A stretch of 62,168 nucleotides of DNA, the filler included. It is 4 parts of 4 records of this genome, joined end to end, with 100 filler letters (N's around TTAATTAATTAA, not from the genome) between each part and the next. Parts side by side here need not be neighbours in the genome. Positions count along the whole stretch, not along the records: positions 1 to 18,076 come from SRR20825006_69; positions 18,177 to 32,079 come from SRR20825006_71; 2 more parts are not named here. The stretch is one strand, 5' to 3'. This document shows, piece by piece, positions 10,998 to 20,992 of the stretch (position 1 is its first letter; the number at the start of each line of letters is the position of its first letter). The translations under genes and the position numbers were made by a program. The notes under the pieces are model-generated. The model was not told the DNA's origin. It saw only the letters and a program-made list of their open reading frames with translations, and searched no databases.

Positions 10998-11102
10998 CAA
11001 AAAAAAATTTTTGGCTAAAGTAAAACAAGCAAAACAATTGAACACGATTTGAAGCAAAAAATAGCCGATAGATTAAATAAATGTTAATTTAAATAAAACT
11101 TT

Positions 11103-11144
11103 GGAAACTTATTTTGTTTTAAGAGTTTCCCTGTTGTACATTTG
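11103..11144 (+). promoter_or_regulatory. Bacteroidetes sigma-A promoter with overlapping inverted repeat (likely TetR operator)
   Basis: TTTG (11113-11116)-N20-TACATTTG (11137-11144). GGAAACT-N14-AGTTTCC (11103-11130) spans the -33 element. Confidence 0.65.
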
Positions 11145-11153
11145 CACCCAATT

Positions 11154-11765
11154 ATGAAAGAAAAAATTATTCAAAGAGCAACAGCTCTCTTTTTAAAGAT
11201 TGGTTTTAAGAGTGTTACAATGGACGATATTGCCAATGAAATGGCCATTTCAAAAAAAACCATTTACACACATTTTGAAAATAAAACTAACTTGGTAAAA
11301 GAATGCACCTGTAGTTTAATAAATTCAATCACAACTGGAATCGATGAAATCTGTTTTTTGGAACACAACCCAATTGAAGAGCTTTTCGAGATTAAAAAAT
11401 TTGTGAGTAATAAACTCGAAAACGATAATTCATCTACGCATTATCAGCTTCAAAAATATTACCCTGAAATCTATGAAAGCTTAAAGGACACACAATTCGA
11501 AAAAATGATGGAATGCACCCGAAAAAATCTACAAAAAGGGATTGAAATGGGACTTTACAGAAAAAACATGAATGTAGATCTAGTTGCTCGCTTCTATTTT
11601 TTAGGTGTTCATGGTATTAAAGACCAAAATTTATTTCCTATAGAAAAATTCTCATCAAAATTTATAACCGAAGAATATCTTGAATATCACATTCGAGGAA
11701 TTGTAACAATCGAAGGTTTTCAAACACTTAATAATTTCATTAAAGACAATCAATCAAATGAGTAA
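11154..11765 (+). CDS. TetR/AcrR-family regulator
   Basis: N-terminal HTH GFKSVTMDDIANEMAISKKTIYTHF; heads the efflux operon. Confidence 0.92.
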   Translation: MKEKIIQRATALFLKIGFKSVTMDDIANEMAISKKTIYTHFENKTNLVKECTCSLINSITTGIDEICFLEHNPIEELFEIKKFVSNKLENDNSSTHYQLQKYYPEIYESLKDTQFEKMMECTRKNLQKGIEMGLYRKNMNVDLVARFYFLGVHGIKDQNLFPIEKFSSKFITEEYLEYHIRGIVTIEGFQTLNNFIKDNQSNE

Positions 11766-13137
11766 GTATTTATTAGTTTTTTGTTTCACATTCTTGTCTT
11801 CCTTAGGGTTTTCACAGGAACAAAAAGCACAGCGTTTTAGTTTAGAAGAAGCCATAACCTTTGCTTTAGACAGCAATTACACCTCTATTAATGCCCGTCG
11901 CGACATTGCAAAGGCCATTAAACAGAAGTGGGAAACTACCGCAAGCGGTTTGCCGCAAATTGATGGAAACATTTCATACAACAACAATTTAAAACAACCC
12001 GTAACACTTATTCCTGGGGAATTTGGCGGCGGAGCACCAGGAACATTTACACCAGTTACTTTTGGCACAAAGCAAAGTGCAAATGCTGTGGCAACACTAA
12101 ATCAATTAATTTTTGATGGCAGTTATCTCGTTGGCTTGAAAGCGGCCAAGGTTTTTTTAAGTTATTCTGAAAACTACAATGAAAAGACCCGATTGGAGGT
12201 TAGAAAAGGCGTAATAAATGCCTATGGAAGTGTTTTATTATCGCAAGAATTGATTGCTATTTTTTCTAAAAACAAAGCCAATCTTGAAAAAAACCTCTAC
12301 GAAACTCGAAAAATTTTCGAGAATGGTTTAACGGAAGAAGAAAGTGTAGAACAGCTTGAAATCACACTTTTAGACATAGACACACAACTTAATAATGCCC
12401 TTAGAAGCCAAGCAATTGCTAAACAAATGTTCAATTTAGCACTTGGTATTGATGTGGAAACACCAATTACGTTAACGGACGACCTTACTAAATTGGCTGA
12501 AGCTAATATTAGCCTTTCGCTATTAGGGACTACACCAGCTATGGAAGAAAATGTTGATTATAAAATTGCAAACAATCTTATAGAGCAACGTTATTTTGAA
12601 AACCAATTAGAAAAAAGCATGGCGCTTCCAAGGCTTTCAGCCTATGTAAACTATGGTACTTCAGCAAATAGCGATGATTTTAGTTTTCTAAATGGCGATC
12701 AAATTTGGTATCAATCCTCTGTTTTAGGGGTTAGTTTAAACATCCCAATTTTCAGCAGTGGGAAAAGAAGTGCAGCTACACAACGTACTCGCATTGCATT
12801 AGACCAAGCTAAAACAGATTTTGAACAAACCAAACAACAGCTAAAACTTGACCTTACAACAGCCCAGAGTAATTATCAATTTGCGATAGATAATTTTGAA
12901 AATTCTAAGAAAAACTTAGCATTAGCAGAGCGGATTGAAAATAAAAATCAAGTAAAATTTACGGAAGGACTTTCCACAAGTTTTGATCTGCGCCAATCAC
13001 AAACACAATTATATACTGCGCAACAGCAGTATTTTCAGTCGATGCTGACTATCATAAACGAAAAAGCAAATTTGGAAACTATTTTAAATATTCCTCAGTT
13101 GCGAATAGACGCACAAACAATCAAAAATCAATATTAA
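11758..13137 (+). CDS. TolC-family outer-membrane efflux protein
   Basis: Signal peptide, SLEEAI, LPQI/LPRL repeats and helical OEP pattern; operon context. Confidence 0.9.
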   Translation: MSKYLLVFCFTFLSSLGFSQEQKAQRFSLEEAITFALDSNYTSINARRDIAKAIKQKWETTASGLPQIDGNISYNNNLKQPVTLIPGEFGGGAPGTFTPVTFGTKQSANAVATLNQLIFDGSYLVGLKAAKVFLSYSENYNEKTRLEVRKGVINAYGSVLLSQELIAIFSKNKANLEKNLYETRKIFENGLTEEESVEQLEITLLDIDTQLNNALRSQAIAKQMFNLALGIDVETPITLTDDLTKLAEANISLSLLGTTPAMEENVDYKIANNLIEQRYFENQLEKSMALPRLSAYVNYGTSANSDDFSFLNGDQIWYQSSVLGVSLNIPIFSSGKRSAATQRTRIALDQAKTDFEQTKQQLKLDLTTAQSNYQFAIDNFENSKKNLALAERIENKNQVKFTEGLSTSFDLRQSQTQLYTAQQQYFQSMLTIINEKANLETILNIPQLRIDAQTIKNQY

Positions 13138-13177
13138 ACAACAAAGCCATAACCGCGTAAAGCGAAAATCAATCATA

Positions 13178-14344
13178 ATGAAAAAAATAATCCTATTACT
13201 ACTAACTATAGTTACACTTGCATCCTGTGGTGGCGACAAAAAACAATCTACAGAAGCAATACTTGCTTCAGGGGATGTAGCAGCTATTCAGAAAAAAAGA
13301 GATGCACTTTCTGAACAACAAGAGCAAATACACCAAGAGGTAAAAATGCTTGACGAAAAGCTAAAGGAGCTAAACCCAGAGCGAAATGTTCCTTTAATTA
13401 CCACATTTACTGCAGAATCTAAACCGTATGAGCATTACCTTGAACTTCAAGGAAGCGTAGAAACCAAACAAAACTTGGTTATAAATGCTGAAACTGGAGG
13501 TATTCTTCAAAGAGTTTATGTTAAAGAAGGCGATAAAGTAAGTAAAGGGCAACTTTTAGCAAAAATTGACGATGGCGGGTTGAGCCAGCAAGTTGCACAA
13601 ATGCAAATACAAGCAGATTTAGCTAAAACTACTTTTGAACGTCAACAACGTTTATGGGAACAAAAAATAGGAAGTGAAATACAATACCTTCAAGCGAAAT
13701 CTAATTATGAAGCCAACCAAAAAGCGGTTGCACAAATGCAAAGCCAGCTAGGAAAATCGAGTATCCGCGCTCCATTTGCTGGAACTATTGACGATGTTAT
13801 AACAGATCAAGGAACCGTTGTTTCTCCTGGGCAAACACCAATTTTAAGAATTGTAAACCTTAGTGATATGTATATTACTACAGACATTCCAGAAAACTAT
13901 GTAGGATCTATTGTAAAGGGAAAAGATGTAAAAGTTTCTTTTCCAGTGTTAGGTAAAACTTTAGATTCAAAAATTAGACAAACAGGCGATTTCATTAACC
14001 CGAACAACAGAACTTTTAGTGCAGAAATTGCAGTTCCAAATAACGATAAATCAATTAAGCCAAACCTAACTGCGCGTTTAAAGATTAATGATTATTCCAA
14101 CGATAAAGCGATTTTAATTCCGCAGAGTATTATTTCAGAAAATGCTGAAGGCGAACAATATATCTATGTGCTTCAAGAAAAAGAAGGCGAAAAAGCAGTT
14201 GCAAAGCAAGTAATTATTAAAACCGGCAAAAACCAAGGAGACGTAATTGAAGTAACCGAAGGTTTAAAAGATGGTGATGAAATTATAAACGAAGGCGCAC
14301 GTAGTGTAAAAGACGGGCAGACCGTAAAAATCATAAAATACTAA
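13178..14344 (+). CDS. RND efflux periplasmic adaptor (MFP), lipoprotein
   Basis: Lipobox LASC, VKEGDKVSKGQLL, IRAPFAG and EVTEGLKDGD. Confidence 0.92.
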   Translation: MKKIILLLLTIVTLASCGGDKKQSTEAILASGDVAAIQKKRDALSEQQEQIHQEVKMLDEKLKELNPERNVPLITTFTAESKPYEHYLELQGSVETKQNLVINAETGGILQRVYVKEGDKVSKGQLLAKIDDGGLSQQVAQMQIQADLAKTTFERQQRLWEQKIGSEIQYLQAKSNYEANQKAVAQMQSQLGKSSIRAPFAGTIDDVITDQGTVVSPGQTPILRIVNLSDMYITTDIPENYVGSIVKGKDVKVSFPVLGKTLDSKIRQTGDFINPNNRTFSAEIAVPNNDKSIKPNLTARLKINDYSNDKAILIPQSIISENAEGEQYIYVLQEKEGEKAVAKQVIIKTGKNQGDVIEVTEGLKDGDEIINEGARSVKDGQTVKIIKY

Positions 14345-14356
14345 TTGCTTTAGATA

Positions 14357-17300
14357 ATGGTAAAACAGAAAAAAATAACCGATAAAGAATTTAAATTATC
14401 TTCTTGGGCAATTAACAACAAGACCACGATCTATGTAATAATGATCTTGATTTTGTTTCTAGGAATTGGCGCATATTTTAGCATGCCAAGAGAAAGTTTC
14501 CCGGAAATTAGAGAAACAAAAATCTATATTAGCTCTGTATACCCAGGAAATACTGCGGAAGACATTGAGAAGCTAATAACAGATCCGCTTGAAGATAAGT
14601 TAAAGACGGTAAGCAATGTGGTAGAAATTACCTCAACATCACAAGAAGATTATTCAATGATAATTGTTGAATTTGACGAGAATATAGATGTTGAACTTGC
14701 AAAACAGAAAGTAAAAGATGAAGTAGACAGCGAAACTTCTGGAGAAGATTGGCCAACCTTTAATGGCGCCAAAGTTGAACCAAATATATTTGAGCTTAAC
14801 CTTTCGGAAGAAATGCCAATACTAAACATCAACATTTCTGGTGATTATACTGTTGCGCAATTAAAGGAATTTGGAGAATACCTTCAAGATGAAATAGAAG
14901 ATTTACCTGAAATTAAAAAGGTAGACATTCGTGGAGCACAAGAAAAAGAAGTTGAAGTTGCTGTAGATATTTATAAAATGATGGCTTCTTCAGTAAGCTT
15001 TCAAGATATTACAAATGCTATAAACAATGGTAATATGACGATGTCTGCGGGTAATTTTATTGCCAGCGGCCAGCGTAGAACCATTCGTATTATTGGTGAA
15101 ATTGACAGCCCACAGCAACTAGAAAACTTTGTTGTGAAAAGTGAAAATGGCGACATTGTTTACTTAAAAGATATTGCCAATGTAAGTTTTAAAGAAAAAG
15201 ACCGCACCACATTTGCTCGCGAATATGGCCATCAAGTGGTAATGCTCGACGTAAAAAAACGTGCCGGTAAAAACATGGTGGAAGCTGCAGATAAAATCAA
15301 ACTTATTGTTGCAGATTCCCAAAAAAATGAATTTCCTCCAAATCTTGATATAAGTATTTCTAACGACCAATCATCAAAAACTATTGGGCAAGTAGACGAT
15401 TTAGTAAACAATATTATCTTCGGTATTATACTGGTTGTAACCGTTTTAATGTTCTTCTTAGGTTTTAAAAACGCATTATTCGTTGGGTTTGCAATACCAA
15501 TGTCCATGTTTATGTCGCTGATGATTTTGAACGAATTGGGCTATACCATGAACACCATGATTCTCTTCGGACTTATTATGGGTCTGGGAATGCTTGTAGA
15601 TAATGGTATTGTGGTTGTTGAAAACGTATATCGATTGATGGAAGATGAAGGCATGAGTCGTGTGGAAGCTGCCAAAAAAGGAATTGGTGAAATTGCCCTT
15701 CCTATTATTATTTCAACAGCAACTACGGTGGCGGCATTTATACCATTAGGGCTATGGCCAGGATTAATGGGACAGTTTATGATTTATTTCCCAATAACAC
15801 TTTCTGTAGTATTAGGATCATCGCTCATTGTGGCAATTTTCTTTAATTCGGTTCTGGTATCTCAATTTATGACTACCGAAGATAAAGATATGCCTAGAAA
15901 ACAAATCATTAAGGTTTCAGCTATTATTGCAGGTATTGGTTTATTGATTTTCATATTTGGTGGTGATTATCGCGCCTTAGGTAGCGTAATGATTTTTACT
16001 TCAATTATGCTATGGGCGTATCGTTTATTCATCAGAAAAGCTGCAAATAGATTTCAAGATAGATCGCTTGTTAAACTTGAAAACTGGTATGAAGGCAAAC
16101 TAACTAGTTCTTTTAAAAACAAAAGACCGTATTGGATTGTAGGAATTACATTTTCACTTTTAATCGTTGCTTTTATGGCTTTTGGGGCTTCTTTAGATGC
16201 ACAACGTACAAAAGTTGAGTTTTTTCCAGACAACAAACCAAACCAGATTATTGTTTATATAGAATACCCACAAGGTACAGACATAGAAAAAACCAACACA
16301 ATCACAAAAGAGATTGAGAAAAAGGTATATGCTGTTTTAGATAGTGAGCAATATATGGATGAGGGCACCAACTTCTTGGTTGAAAGTGCCGTATCACAAG
16401 TTGGTGAAGGAGCTGGAAACCCACAAACTGACGGAGGTAGTGCTGCTGAAATGCCACATAAAGCAAAAATAACCGCTTCCATGCGAGAATATAAATTTCG
16501 TAAAGGGGAAGACAGTGAATTGTTAAGACAAAAAGTGCAAGAAGCATTAGTTGGTATCTACCCTGGTGTTTTAATTTCTGTAGAAAAAGATGCCAATGGC
16601 CCACCAGCTGGTGCGCCTGTAAACATCGAACTTGAAGGCGATGATTACAACGAGCTAATTGTTACGGCTGAACGTATGCGGAATTTTATAAACAGTAGAA
16701 ACATTCCTGCAATAGACGAGCTAAAAATAGACGTTAACAAAGATAAACCTGCAATGCAAGTATCGGTAGACCGTGCAAAAGCTGGAGAATTAGGCGTAAG
16801 CGCTGGTCAAGTTGGGCAACAACTTCGTAATTCTATATTTGGTACAAAAGCTGGCGTTTATAAAGAAGACGGTGATGATTACGACATTTATGTACGTTTC
16901 AATGAAAACAGCAGGTATAATACAAGCGCATTGTTTAACCAATCGATGACGTTTAGAACCAATACAGGGCAGCTTCGTGAAATTCCTGTTTCAGCAGTAG
17001 CTTCCTTAAAAAACAGCTCTAGTTTTAGCGCCATAAAACACCGCGATACCCGCCGTGTGGTTACCGTTTATTCTGCACTTTCACCTGGGTATACAGATGC
17101 GGGAGCAGTAGTAAACCAAGTTCAAAATGAAATGCGAAGCTTTGAAGGTTTACCAGAAAACATTAAAATTGATTATACAGGTCAAATTGAAGAGCAAAAT
17201 AAACAGCAAGCCTTCTTAATGGGTGCGTTTTTTACTGGGCTTGGATTGATTTTCTTGATTTTAATTTTTCAATTTAACTCTATTTCGAAACCAGTTATTA

Positions 17301-17875
17301 TTATGATTTCTATCTTCCTAAGTTTAATTGGGGTTTTTGGTGGAATTGTAATCTCAGGATCGCCTTTCGTAATTATGATGACCATGATGGGGATTATTTC
17401 GCTCGCTGGAATTGTAGTGAATAACGGTGTGGTACTCCTCGATTATGCGCAACTGGTAATAGACAGACGAAAAAATGAATTAGACCTAGATGAAACTGAA
17501 TTCCTTGAAAAAGATGAATTGCTAAAAAGCATCATCATTGCGGGTAAAGCACGTTTACGCCCTGTATTGCTTACCGCAATTACTACAGTTCTTGGCTTAA
17601 TACCCTTAGCAATTGGTTTAAACATAGATTTCTTCGGACTTTTTGCATCGTTTAATCCAAACATATACCTTGGAGGTGACAACGTAATATTCTGGGGGCC
17701 ATTAGCGTGGACAGTAATTTACGGTTTAATAATCGCAACTTTCTTAACCCTAATCATTGTACCGATTTTATTTTATATCGCTACACGAATTAAAATGTGG
17801 GTTGCTTCAAAAAGAAATTCTGATGATTCTGTAACACCTCAAGAAAACGTTGAGTTTATAGAAGCTACGGAATAA
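14357..17875 (+). CDS. RND efflux permease (AcrB/AcrD/AcrF family)
   Basis: 1172 aa, GMLVDNGIVVVEN and RLRPVLLTA motifs, multiple TM segments. Confidence 0.94.
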   Translation: MVKQKKITDKEFKLSSWAINNKTTIYVIMILILFLGIGAYFSMPRESFPEIRETKIYISSVYPGNTAEDIEKLITDPLEDKLKTVSNVVEITSTSQEDYSMIIVEFDENIDVELAKQKVKDEVDSETSGEDWPTFNGAKVEPNIFELNLSEEMPILNINISGDYTVAQLKEFGEYLQDEIEDLPEIKKVDIRGAQEKEVEVAVDIYKMMASSVSFQDITNAINNGNMTMSAGNFIASGQRRTIRIIGEIDSPQQLENFVVKSENGDIVYLKDIANVSFKEKDRTTFAREYGHQVVMLDVKKRAGKNMVEAADKIKLIVADSQKNEFPPNLDISISNDQSSKTIGQVDDLVNNIIFGIILVVTVLMFFLGFKNALFVGFAIPMSMFMSLMILNELGYTMNTMILFGLIMGLGMLVDNGIVVVENVYRLMEDEGMSRVEAAKKGIGEIALPIIISTATTVAAFIPLGLWPGLMGQFMIYFPITLSVVLGSSLIVAIFFNSVLVSQFMTTEDKDMPRKQIIKVSAIIAGIGLLIFIFGGDYRALGSVMIFTSIMLWAYRLFIRKAANRFQDRSLVKLENWYEGKLTSSFKNKRPYWIVGITFSLLIVAFMAFGASLDAQRTKVEFFPDNKPNQIIVYIEYPQGTDIEKTNTITKEIEKKVYAVLDSEQYMDEGTNFLVESAVSQVGEGAGNPQTDGGSAAEMPHKAKITASMREYKFRKGEDSELLRQKVQEALVGIYPGVLISVEKDANGPPAGAPVNIELEGDDYNELIVTAERMRNFINSRNIPAIDELKIDVNKDKPAMQVSVDRAKAGELGVSAGQVGQQLRNSIFGTKAGVYKEDGDDYDIYVRFNENSRYNTSALFNQSMTFRTNTGQLREIPVSAVASLKNSSSFSAIKHRDTRRVVTVYSALSPGYTDAGAVVNQVQNEMRSFEGLPENIKIDYTGQIEEQNKQQAFLMGAFFTGLGLIFLILIFQFNSISKPVIIMISIFLSLIGVFGGIVISGSPFVIMMTMMGIISLAGIVVNNGVVLLDYAQLVIDRRKNELDLDETEFLEKDELLKSIIIAGKARLRPVLLTAITTVLGLIPLAIGLNIDFFGLFASFNPNIYLGGDNVIFWGPLAWTVIYGLIIATFLTLIIVPILFYIATRIKMWVASKRNSDDSVTPQENVEFIEATE

Positions 17876-17898
17876 AACAAACTGCAAGTTTGATAAAG

Positions 17899-17936
17899 TA
17901 CCCTTCAATAATTTTAAATTTTGAAGGGTATTTTTT
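17899..17936 (+). terminator. Intrinsic terminator of the efflux operon
   Basis: TACCCTTCAA/TTGAAGGGTA stem followed by T6. Confidence 0.75.
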
Positions 17937-18076
17937 ATTCCTTTAAAATAGTTTTATACAATCTAAAACGTAGCATTTTTTAGGAAACATGGAAACCAAG
18001 AAATTTGTAAAAGAATAGCTTAAGCAACAATTCATAGCATTTTTGCCAATTAAACTATCTAATAATGGTACTTTAA

Positions 18077-18176
18077 NNNNNNNNNNNNNNNNNNNNNNNN
18101 NNNNNNNNNNNNNNNNNNNNTTAATTAATTAANNNNNNNNNNNNNNNNNNNNNNNNNNNNNNNNNNNNNNNNNNNN
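18077..18176. other. Artificial contig spacer
   Basis: N44-TTAATTAATTAA-N44, with stops in all six frames. Confidence 0.99.
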
Positions 18177-18281
18177 AGCTTCACACTTAGCATCATTAAA
18201 ATAACACAAACCCCTTCATAATCAATTGTTTTTAAGCAATTTAATATTTTAAATATTAGAATAAAATCATCCAAAATCAAA

Positions 18282-18303
18282 TTATTCTGTACTTATTCTG
18301 TAC
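18282..18303 (+). repeat. Tandem 11-bp direct repeat upstream of the integrase (candidate arm-type sites)
   Basis: TTATTCTGTAC x2, followed by a TATCTTTG -7 promoter element at 18314-18321. Confidence 0.6.
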
Positions 18304-18342
18304 TAGTTTTTAGTATCTTTGTGTTATTCTAAAAAGGTTATT

Positions 18343-19677
18343 ATGGCAAGTATCAAAATTGTATTGCGTAAAAATATGATGAAAAAGGATGGCACTATTC
18401 CTTTGGCTATTAGAATTAGCGAAAACTACAAGACAAACTATAAATGGCTTGGTCAATATGTTTTCGAAAAGGACTGGGACAAAGTTGCCGGAAAAGCTAA
18501 AAGGACTCATCCTAATCACAAAAAGTTAAATAACTTTTTGATGAAGAAATTGACAGAGGCAAACGATCTCTATTTTGATTCTAAAGATGATAGTATCACG
18601 CCCAAACAAGCTAAACAAAAATTGAAAGGACCTGGAGGCTCAAAATCATTTTTTTCAGTTGCTGCTGAACGCGTTAAAAGAAAATATGATCGTGGAACTT
18701 TCTCAGTAGCTAAATCTGAGCTTTCTATATTATATAACATTGAAGAGTTTTTAACACTTAAATCCTCATCACCCAAAAAGAAGGTGATTGCAGATATAAA
18801 ACAAAGAAGAAAGGACAGGGTTAGCAAGTCACGTAAAGGCGAATATTCCTTTATGGACGGGATTAATCATTTCAAGAAAAACAAGACCTTGAAATTCCGG
18901 GATATCGATCAGGCATTTATAGAAAGATATAAAACTTTCTGTTCTGCCTACTTGAATCAGAAAACACGTACTATATCAAATCAACTAATTTTTATAAGAA
19001 CCCTTTTTAATATTGCTATTAAAGATGGGATTGTTGCTTCTAAATTTTATCCGTTTGCAGGAGAAAAAGAAAAGATACGGATTGGTTCTGGCAACAAAAT
19101 CGGTCTTACGATTAAGGAAATTGAAAAAATAGAATCATTGGAATTTGAACCTCAATCATCAATCTGGCATACACACAATGTATGGTTAATTGCTTTTTAT
19201 TTTGCTGGAATACGCATCTCTGATGTGGTAAAATTAAAATGGGCAGATTTTAATGATAATAGACTTTACTATGTTATGAATAAAAATGAAAAGCCCTTAA
19301 GTCTTAAAATTCCAGATAAAGCCAATACCATATTAAATTATTACAGAAAGAACCAAGCGGAAAATAACGGATATGTCTTTCCTTTCTTAAGAGATGCCAA
19401 TTCTCACGATGATGAAGATTTTTTTAGGAAAACTAGAAATGCGACAAAACTATTTAATAAATACCTTAAGCGTATAGCTAATCAATGTGGTATTGACAAG
19501 AATTTATCAAATCACATTGCCCGGCACAGTTTTGGAAATATTGCTGGAGATAAAATACACCCTTTAATGTTACAAAAATTATATCGCCATAGTGATTTAA
19601 AAACAACTCTAAATTATCAAGCTAACTTTATCCATAAGGATGCAGATGATGCTCTGGATAGTGTAATCAATTTTTAA
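18343..19677 (+). CDS. Tyrosine recombinase/integrase (Bacteroidetes type: arm-binding, SAM-like and catalytic domains)
   Basis: N-terminal KDGTIPLAIRIS arm-binding pattern; catalytic GIRISD, HIARHSF and RHS..KTTLNY. Start ATG 18343. Confidence 0.93.
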   Translation: MASIKIVLRKNMMKKDGTIPLAIRISENYKTNYKWLGQYVFEKDWDKVAGKAKRTHPNHKKLNNFLMKKLTEANDLYFDSKDDSITPKQAKQKLKGPGGSKSFFSVAAERVKRKYDRGTFSVAKSELSILYNIEEFLTLKSSSPKKKVIADIKQRRKDRVSKSRKGEYSFMDGINHFKKNKTLKFRDIDQAFIERYKTFCSAYLNQKTRTISNQLIFIRTLFNIAIKDGIVASKFYPFAGEKEKIRIGSGNKIGLTIKEIEKIESLEFEPQSSIWHTHNVWLIAFYFAGIRISDVVKLKWADFNDNRLYYVMNKNEKPLSLKIPDKANTILNYYRKNQAENNGYVFPFLRDANSHDDEDFFRKTRNATKLFNKYLKRIANQCGIDKNLSNHIARHSFGNIAGDKIHPLMLQKLYRHSDLKTTLNYQANFIHKDADDALDSVINF

Positions 19678-19819
19678 ATACAAGGAGTTCCATTAAGATT
19701 AAATTCCTGATAAAATAGTCCTGAAGTAAATCTTTCTTGAAATAACACTTCTTTTTTAAAAGACCTAGTTATTCTTTTTCCTCATTCTTATTAAGCCATA
19801 AAACTTACCAATAGGAATT

Positions 19820-19855
19820 AATAAAGAGCAAGCCTAAGGTTGCTCTTTATTTTAT
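19820..19855. terminator. Hairpin terminator after the integrase
   Basis: AATAAAGAGCAA/TTGCTCTTTATT stem with a T-tail. Confidence 0.65.
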
Positions 19856-20087
19856 GAGATTAATTCTATTGCTTATAAGTTGGTCTCCACCAGAGCCTAT
19901 TTCCTCTTCGAATCAGAGAAAAAATAATAAAATAGCGGTTTAATATCTTACTGTCCAAAAAAGCAATCAATAGTTTTAATTTATCAAATCGTTGTTTTGA
20001 TTATGTAATTCATTGATATGGATATTTGTAATACCTAATCAAATGCCAATTTTGTAGTGTAATATTTTAACACTAAAAACTTAAAAG

Positions 20088-20933
20088 ATGAACACAAAAA
20101 AAGTATGGTTTATTACAGGCGCATCAAAAGGTCTGGGATTAACATTAGCTAAAAAATTATTAGCAGAAGGATTTAATGTTGCCGCAACTTCAAGAAATAA
20201 ACAATCCTTAATTACTGCAGTTGGAGAAGAAAATGATAAATTCTTACCCATTGAAATGGATTTAACCAAAAACCAAGATGTTAAAAAAGCTATTGAAATT
20301 ACAATTAACCATTTTGGCAAGTTAGATATTTTAGTCAATAATGCTGGCTACAGCCAGATTGGAACATTAGAAGAACTTTCAGAAGAAGAGGTAGAAAAGA
20401 ATTTTATAGTAAATGTATTCGGTTCATTAAACGTTATTAGAAATGCCACACCGTATCTACGAAAACAAAACTCTGGACATATTTTCAATATCGCATCCAT
20501 TGGTGGCTATACAGGTAATTTTGCTGGTTTTGGTATTTACTGTTCCACAAAATTTGCGGTTGCTGGTTTTACCGAAGCATTAGCTGAAGAAATGAAAGCA
20601 TTTGGTGTGCATACAACACTAGTATATCCTGGATATTTTAGAACCAATTTTTTATCCGAAGGTTCTGTACAAACACCTAAAAATCCAATTTCAGAGTATC
20701 AATCTGCTAGAGAAATGGAAAAGGCACACTTAAAAGATATCGATGGCAATCAACCCAACGATCCTGAAAAAGCAGCTGATGTTTTTATTAATTTAAGCAA
20801 ACAAGAACAACCGCCTATACACTTTTTTATGGGAGAAGATGCTTATCACTATGCTAATCTAAAAATAGAGACTATTCAGAAGGCTATGAAAGAGAACAAG
20901 ACTTTGGGTATGTCAACAGGATTTAAAGATTAG
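20088..20933 (+). CDS. Classical SDR oxidoreductase
   Basis: TGASKGLG, NNAG and YCSTK motifs. Confidence 0.93.
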   Translation: MNTKKVWFITGASKGLGLTLAKKLLAEGFNVAATSRNKQSLITAVGEENDKFLPIEMDLTKNQDVKKAIEITINHFGKLDILVNNAGYSQIGTLEELSEEEVEKNFIVNVFGSLNVIRNATPYLRKQNSGHIFNIASIGGYTGNFAGFGIYCSTKFAVAGFTEALAEEMKAFGVHTTLVYPGYFRTNFLSEGSVQTPKNPISEYQSAREMEKAHLKDIDGNQPNDPEKAADVFINLSKQEQPPIHFFMGEDAYHYANLKIETIQKAMKENKTLGMSTGFKD

Positions 20934-20992
20934 TTTAATAATTAGCTATTATAAAAGGTAAGAGTCTACTTTAATAAAAAATTTCAGTTATA

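Noticed and set aside
18177..18200. tRNA 3' end as the integration target
   Set aside because: No T-arm (GTTCGA) or clear acceptor stem is visible in the few bases available.
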